From an uncultured delta proteobacterium (GTDB lineage Bacteria; Myxococcota_A; Polyangia; Polyangiales; JAFGIB01): a DNA stretch of 64,000 nt. The notes under the pieces were generated by a model that searched no databases, was not told the origin of the DNA, and worked only from the letters and a program-made list of their open reading frames with translations. The position numbers and the translations under genes were made by a program. Positions 59,543-64,000 of this stretch are shown here, piece by piece (the stretch's first letter is position 1; each line of letters begins with the position of its first letter). The stretch covers positions 480,001 to 544,000 of the forward strand of contig CAVZVA010000009.1 of the NCBI GenBank assembly GCA_963778655.1, in the 5' to 3' direction.

Positions 59543-60745
59543 TCAGGCGGGGCGGCCTTGCGTTTCTTGCACCAGGTTGTCCGCGCTCAGCTCCGAGAGC
59601 GCGGTGGTGCCTGTGAGCGCCATGGCGACGCGCATCTCCTCCCGGATGATGCTCAGCACGTGCGCGACGCCGGCCTCTCCGGCCGCCGCCACGGCATAGG
59701 TCCATGCGCGTCCGATCAGGCACGCCCTGGCCCCGAGCGCGAGCAGCTTGATCACGTCGAGGCCGCTGCGCGCTCCGCCGTCGACCAGAACCTCCAGCCG
59801 ATCGCCGACGCTCTCACAGATCGGCGCCAGCGCCGTCGCGGTCGCGCTCACGGAGTCGAGTTGCCGCCCGCCGTGATTGGAGACCACGATCGCGTCGGCT
59901 CCTGCGTCCGCGGCGCGGCGCGCGTCGTCCACGTCGAGGATGCCCTTGAGCGCGAGCTTGCCGGGCCAGTGCGCGCGCACCCACGCGAGGTCTTGCCAGC
60001 TCACGCTCGGATCCCACTGGCTGTCGACCCAGGCCTTGAACTTGCCCGGCGTACGCGCGCCCGGCACCGCAGCTTCCAGATTGCCGAAGGTCAGCGGCCG
60101 GCCCCCGAGCGCGACGTCGCGCACCCAGCGCGGTCGAGACAGCAGATCCCAAAGCACCCGCAGCCGCTTGCCCGGCGGCAATGCAACTCCGACGCCGTTG
60201 CGCGCATCGCGGTAACGCGCCCCGACCACCGCGAGATCCACCGTGAGCAGCAGCACCCGACAGCCGGCCTCGCGGGCGCGCGCCATCAGCGCTTCGGCGT
60301 AGCCGCGATCGCGCATCACGTAGAGTTGGAACCACGGCGGTGTGCGGGTCGCGGCGCGCACTTCCTCGAGCGAGCAAATCGAAACCGTGGACTCGCAGAA
60401 GGGCACGCCGGCCTGCTCGGCCGCGCGCGCGGCCTGGACCTCGGCGCGGCGCGCAAACATCCCCGCCAGGCCAACCGGCGCCAGGATCACCGGCAGCGCG
60501 AGCGACTCCCCGAGCACCCGTACGCTGAGATCGATGCTCGAGACGTCGCGCAGCACGCGCTGGCGCAGGGTCAGGCGCCGCAGCGCGTCGAGGTTCTCGC
60601 GCATGCTGTGCTCGGCGTAGGCTCCGCCGTCGATGTAGTCGAAGAGCTGGCGCGGCAACCGCCGACGCGCGAGCTCGCGATAGTCCATCACGCTCGCGGG
60701 AGCGAGACCGAGCGATCGATCGCGGGGTAGGGTGATCTCGGTCAT
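59543..60745 (-). CDS. lldD: FMN-dependent L-lactate dehydrogenase
   Basis: FDYIDGGAY.E, APVGLAGMFARR.EVQAA, WFQLY, GARYRD, VSNHGGRQLD and DGG.RSG motifs. Confidence 0.9.
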   Translation of the reverse strand: MTEITLPRDRSLGLAPASVMDYRELARRRLPRQLFDYIDGGAYAEHSMRENLDALRRLTLRQRVLRDVSSIDLSVRVLGESLALPVILAPVGLAGMFARRAEVQAARAAEQAGVPFCESTVSICSLEEVRAATRTPPWFQLYVMRDRGYAEALMARAREAGCRVLLLTVDLAVVGARYRDARNGVGVALPPGKRLRVLWDLLSRPRWVRDVALGGRPLTFGNLEAAVPGARTPGKFKAWVDSQWDPSVSWQDLAWVRAHWPGKLALKGILDVDDARRAADAGADAIVVSNHGGRQLDSVSATATALAPICESVGDRLEVLVDGGARSGLDVIKLLALGARACLIGRAWTYAVAAAGEAGVAHVLSIIREEMRVAMALTGTTALSELSADNLVQETQGRPA

Positions 60746-61917
60746 CGCGCGGGGGAAGCGGCGCCGGGCCGATCGAGCAAGTGGAAGCCGAGCGCACCGG
60801 CGGCGAGCAGGCAGCCAAGCGCGCTGAACGCCGCGCCGTAGCCCAGGCGTTCGATCACCAACCCGATCAGCGGTGGCGCGGCCACGTTAGCACCCCAGTC
60901 GACGGTGGTGTAGAGCGCGGTCGCCGAGCCGCGAGCCTCGGGCCGCGCGCGCGACACGGTCAGGCTGAGGAAGACCGGAAAGGCGTAGCCGTGGCCCGTG
61001 CCGCACAGCGCGCCCCCGAGCACGATCGCCGCGGTGGTGTGCGCGCGCGCCAGCACCAGCACGCCGGCCGCGTACGCGCCGAGCGCGGGCAGCACCATGC
61101 GCCGGGCGCCGATTCGATCGGGCAAGCGCCCGCCGACCAGCCGCAACAGCAACGCCAGCAGCGCATACGCGGTGAAGAACGCGCTCACGCTGCCCTGGCC
61201 GCTCGCGATCACGAAGGTCTTCATGAAGGCGAGCAGCGCCGACATCGCGAAGAAGAACGAAAACGCCGCCACCCAGATCGGCAGCAGGTCGCGCTGCAGC
61301 GCCGTCGTGCGCAGGCTGGGCGGGGCGGTGCGCGCGCCGTGCGGCGCGCGTGCGTCGGGCAGCGGCCACGCAACCGCCACGCCCAGCACGAACGCGCTGA
61401 GCTCCGCGGCGAACAACGCGCGGTAGCTCCCGTGCGCCAGCACCAGATCGCCGATCACCGAGCTGATGCCGATCGGCACCAGCCCCGCGGCGCCGAACAG
61501 CGCGAGCCCTTGGGTGCGCCGCTGTTCGGGCACGATGTCGGCCGCATAGGTGAACAGGGCCGCGTACATCAGCGTGCTGCCCACGCCTTCGAGCACGCGC
61601 AGCGCCCAGATCCAGGGCCCGAGCGCGCGCACCAGCATGTAGCCGCCGGCCGCGACGGCCAGCAGCATGCCGCCGGCACGGATGGCGAGCGGCCGGCCGC
61701 GCGCATCCATCAGCGGGCCAACCGCGGGTCCCAGCAGCAACGCCGTGAGCGCGAGCAGCGCCACGATGCGACCGATCTGCGCCTCGCCCGCGCCCAGCTG
61801 CTCGAGAAAGCCCGAGAAGTGCACGCTGAACGCGCCGCCGATGCCGAGCAGCAGGTGCACCAGCGTGACGCGCAGGAACACGGGTGTGAACAGGCGCAGC
61901 GGGTCGGATGGAGCCAA
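60742..61917 (-). CDS. MFS transporter
   Basis: About 12 TM segments; GPLMDARGR and GRLPDRIGAR MFS loop motifs; overlaps the lldD start. Start uncertain. Confidence 0.88.
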   Translation of the reverse strand: MAPSDPLRLFTPVFLRVTLVHLLLGIGGAFSVHFSGFLEQLGAGEAQIGRIVALLALTALLLGPAVGPLMDARGRPLAIRAGGMLLAVAAGGYMLVRALGPWIWALRVLEGVGSTLMYAALFTYAADIVPEQRRTQGLALFGAAGLVPIGISSVIGDLVLAHGSYRALFAAELSAFVLGVAVAWPLPDARAPHGARTAPPSLRTTALQRDLLPIWVAAFSFFFAMSALLAFMKTFVIASGQGSVSAFFTAYALLALLLRLVGGRLPDRIGARRMVLPALGAYAAGVLVLARAHTTAAIVLGGALCGTGHGYAFPVFLSLTVSRARPEARGSATALYTTVDWGANVAAPPLIGLVIERLGYGAAFSALGCLLAAGALGFHLLDRPGAASPAR

Positions 61918-62144
61918 GGCGGGTGCCGCAGCTTATGTCAGCTGGCACCGCGCAGGCCAGAGCGTGCGGGTAGCGATGTGCCGGGCACGTCGCGGCGCGC
62001 CATCGGCGTGGTGATTTGCGCTCCGGACCCCGGACGGCGCGCTCGTCGCGCAGCCGGGCCTATGGCCGCTGTTTGAAAGGGCTTCAAACCCCCTGCCGCG
62101 TGCCGTGCAGACGTGCTACGCCGTGCAAAAAACAGGAGCACACC

Positions 62145-63410
62145 GTGCAGCCCATGCTGATGAACGTCCAACCCGTCCCCACGCTCGACACGAAGATCAA
62201 CGACATCCGTCTCAAGACGGCCGAGATCGTCAATCGCGACATCCTGCCCAACGAGTCCAAGCTGTGGGCGTTCCGGCGCAGCGGCGGCACGCTCGCAGAG
62301 CAAGACAAGCGCGACGCGCGCGAGCTGCGGCGCGAGATCCAGGCCAAGGTCAAGCAGGCCGGGTTGTGGGCGCCGCACCTGCCCAAGGAATACGGCGGCA
62401 TGGGGCTCGACTTCCTGCCGCACGCCTACATGAACGAGGTGCTCGCCTACAGCGTCGGCGCCGCGTCGTTGTTCGGTGTGGTGGCGCCCAACTCGGGCAA
62501 CCAGAAGATCCTGGTGAAGTATGGCACCGAGGAGCAGAAGAAGAAGTGGTTGCTGCCGTTGATCGAGGGCAGCATGCAGTCGGGCTTCTCGATGACCGAG
62601 CCCGACAGCCCCGGCTCCGATCCACGCTCGCTCAAGACCACCGCGCGGCTCGATGGCGACCACTGGGTGATCAACGGTCACAAGTGGTTCACCTCGAACG
62701 GCAAGGAGTCCGACTTCTTCATCGTGATGTGCCGCACGGAAAGCGACGACGGGCCGAGTGCCGCCGATGGGCGCATGACTCAGTTCATCGTCCCCGCCAA
62801 GACGCCAGGCGTGAACATCGTGCGCGGCATTCCGATCTGGGGCCGCAGCAGCAGCGATCACTGCGAGATCATCTACGACAACGTGCGCATTCCGAAGGAG
62901 AACCAGCTCGGCCGCACCGGCTCCGGCCACGCAGCCGCGCAAGACCGCCTCGGCGCCGGCCGCATCTATCACTGCATGAACTCGATCGGCCAGATGTGGC
63001 GCGCGTTCGACTTGATGGTGCACCGCGCGGCCACGCGCGAGGTGCACGGCGGCACGCTCGAGACCAAGCAGTTCATCCAGGGCTTCATCGCCGACTCCTA
63101 CATCGACATCCAGGCCGCGCGGCTGATGACCATCCACGCCGCCGAGCGCATCGACGCCGAAGGCGATGGCCGTACCGACATCTCGGCGATCAAGATCTTC
63201 GTTCCCGCCGCCTATCACCGCGTGGTCGACCGCGCGATCCAGGTCTGGGGCGCGGCCGGCGTCTCCGGTGACCTGCCGCTGGCCGGCATGTACCAGGGCG
63301 CCCGCACCCTGCGTCTGGCCGATGGTCCCGACGAGGTGCACAAGATCCTGATCGCCAAGAACGTGCTCAAACGCTACCACGCCGGCGAAGGCTGGGACTT
63401 CGGCAACTGA
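62145..63410 (+). CDS. Acyl-CoA dehydrogenase
   Basis: APNSGN, FSMTEP, INGHKWFTS, RLG.GRI.HCM and LRLADGPDEVH motifs; RBS AGGAG. Confidence 0.93.
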   Translation: MQPMLMNVQPVPTLDTKINDIRLKTAEIVNRDILPNESKLWAFRRSGGTLAEQDKRDARELRREIQAKVKQAGLWAPHLPKEYGGMGLDFLPHAYMNEVLAYSVGAASLFGVVAPNSGNQKILVKYGTEEQKKKWLLPLIEGSMQSGFSMTEPDSPGSDPRSLKTTARLDGDHWVINGHKWFTSNGKESDFFIVMCRTESDDGPSAADGRMTQFIVPAKTPGVNIVRGIPIWGRSSSDHCEIIYDNVRIPKENQLGRTGSGHAAAQDRLGAGRIYHCMNSIGQMWRAFDLMVHRAATREVHGGTLETKQFIQGFIADSYIDIQAARLMTIHAAERIDAEGDGRTDISAIKIFVPAAYHRVVDRAIQVWGAAGVSGDLPLAGMYQGARTLRLADGPDEVHKILIAKNVLKRYHAGEGWDFGN

Positions 63411-63525
63411 CGCTGGGCAGCGCTCGGATCGACCGCCGCGGACCACGCCCGCAGCGCGCGCGGCGCTTGCGCGCGCCCTGGACATGACCCCGGTACCTCG
63501 GCACGGCGCACCGGCTCGCGCGACG

Positions 63526-64000
63526 CTACCGCGCTTCCAGTGCCTGCAGCCGCGCGCGGATCTTGTCCGCGCCCCTGTCGTCCGGGCGCAGGCGCAGGAA
63601 CTTGCGGAATGCGCGCGCCGCGTCGTGGGTGCGACCCAGGCGCTCCAGCACCAGGCCTTGCCCGCGATAGGCAGGCGCATAGCTCCGATCGGCAGCGATC
63701 GCCTGCTTGTATTGCGTCGTGGCCGCCTCGAAGTCGCCGCGCAGCATCGCATCCGTGGCCTGGCGCGCCAGCTCGGCCGCGCGCGCGCGCCCAGCTGCCC
63801 GCTTGTCCGCTCGTGGCGCCTCGCGCTCGCGCGCCGCTCGAGTCCCGTGTGCGTGCTCGGACCGCGCCGAGCCGGCCTGCGTACGCCGGGAGACCGTGTC
63901 GGCAGCCGACCGCGCGGTTTCGTGCTCGGCCTCGTCCCCAGCTTCGGTTGCGTGCTCGGGCTCGGGCTCGGCTTGCTGCGCGCGGACGCTGTCCGCGCTC
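63526..64000 (-). CDS. TPR-containing protein, C-terminal part (5' end outside the window)
   Basis: YKQAIAADRSYAPAYRGQG and AFRKFLRLRP TPR pair after a low-complexity linker. Confidence 0.75.
   Translation of the reverse strand, partial: SADSVRAQQAEPEPEHATEAGDEAEHETARSAADTVSRRTQAGSARSEHAHGTRAAREREAPRADKRAAGRARAAELARQATDAMLRGDFEAATTQYKQAIAADRSYAPAYRGQGLVLERLGRTHDAARAFRKFLRLRPDDRGADKIRARLQALEAR

Overview
High-GC bacterial chromosomal window, most likely from a myxobacterium (Myxococcota, Polyangiales-like). That placement is inferred from a STAND Ser/Thr kinase, an ECF sigma-FecR/TPR cassette, a TIGR02147-like gene and many Cys-rich lipoproteins. No rRNA, tRNA, CRISPR array or intact mobile element was seen. 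The standout is an ~11.5 kb multiheme c-type cytochrome island (14986-26517) with about 75 heme-binding motifs. It encodes an OmcA/MtrC-type decaheme lipoprotein, an octaheme lipoprotein, an outer-membrane beta-barrel, a 13-heme lipoprotein, a 27-heme protein, a CxxxxCH-type lipoprotein and a NapC/NirT (CymA-like) tetraheme. Together these form a candidate quinone-pool-to-cell-surface electron conduit that mixes Shewanella-like and Geobacter-like parts. The island is bracketed by nikR with TonB-dependent receptors (one carrying a clear NikR-type operator) and by a Fur-boxed porin. Also present are a biuret hydrolase/allophanate hydrolase/ABC transporter operon, a dispersed REP-like repeat family, two gene relics (GGDEF, rhodanese), an orphan DNA methyltransferase, a giant Cys-rich C-type lectin lipoprotein and assorted oxidoreductases and hydrolases. 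All calls come from motif reading and recall of protein families; no database searches were run.
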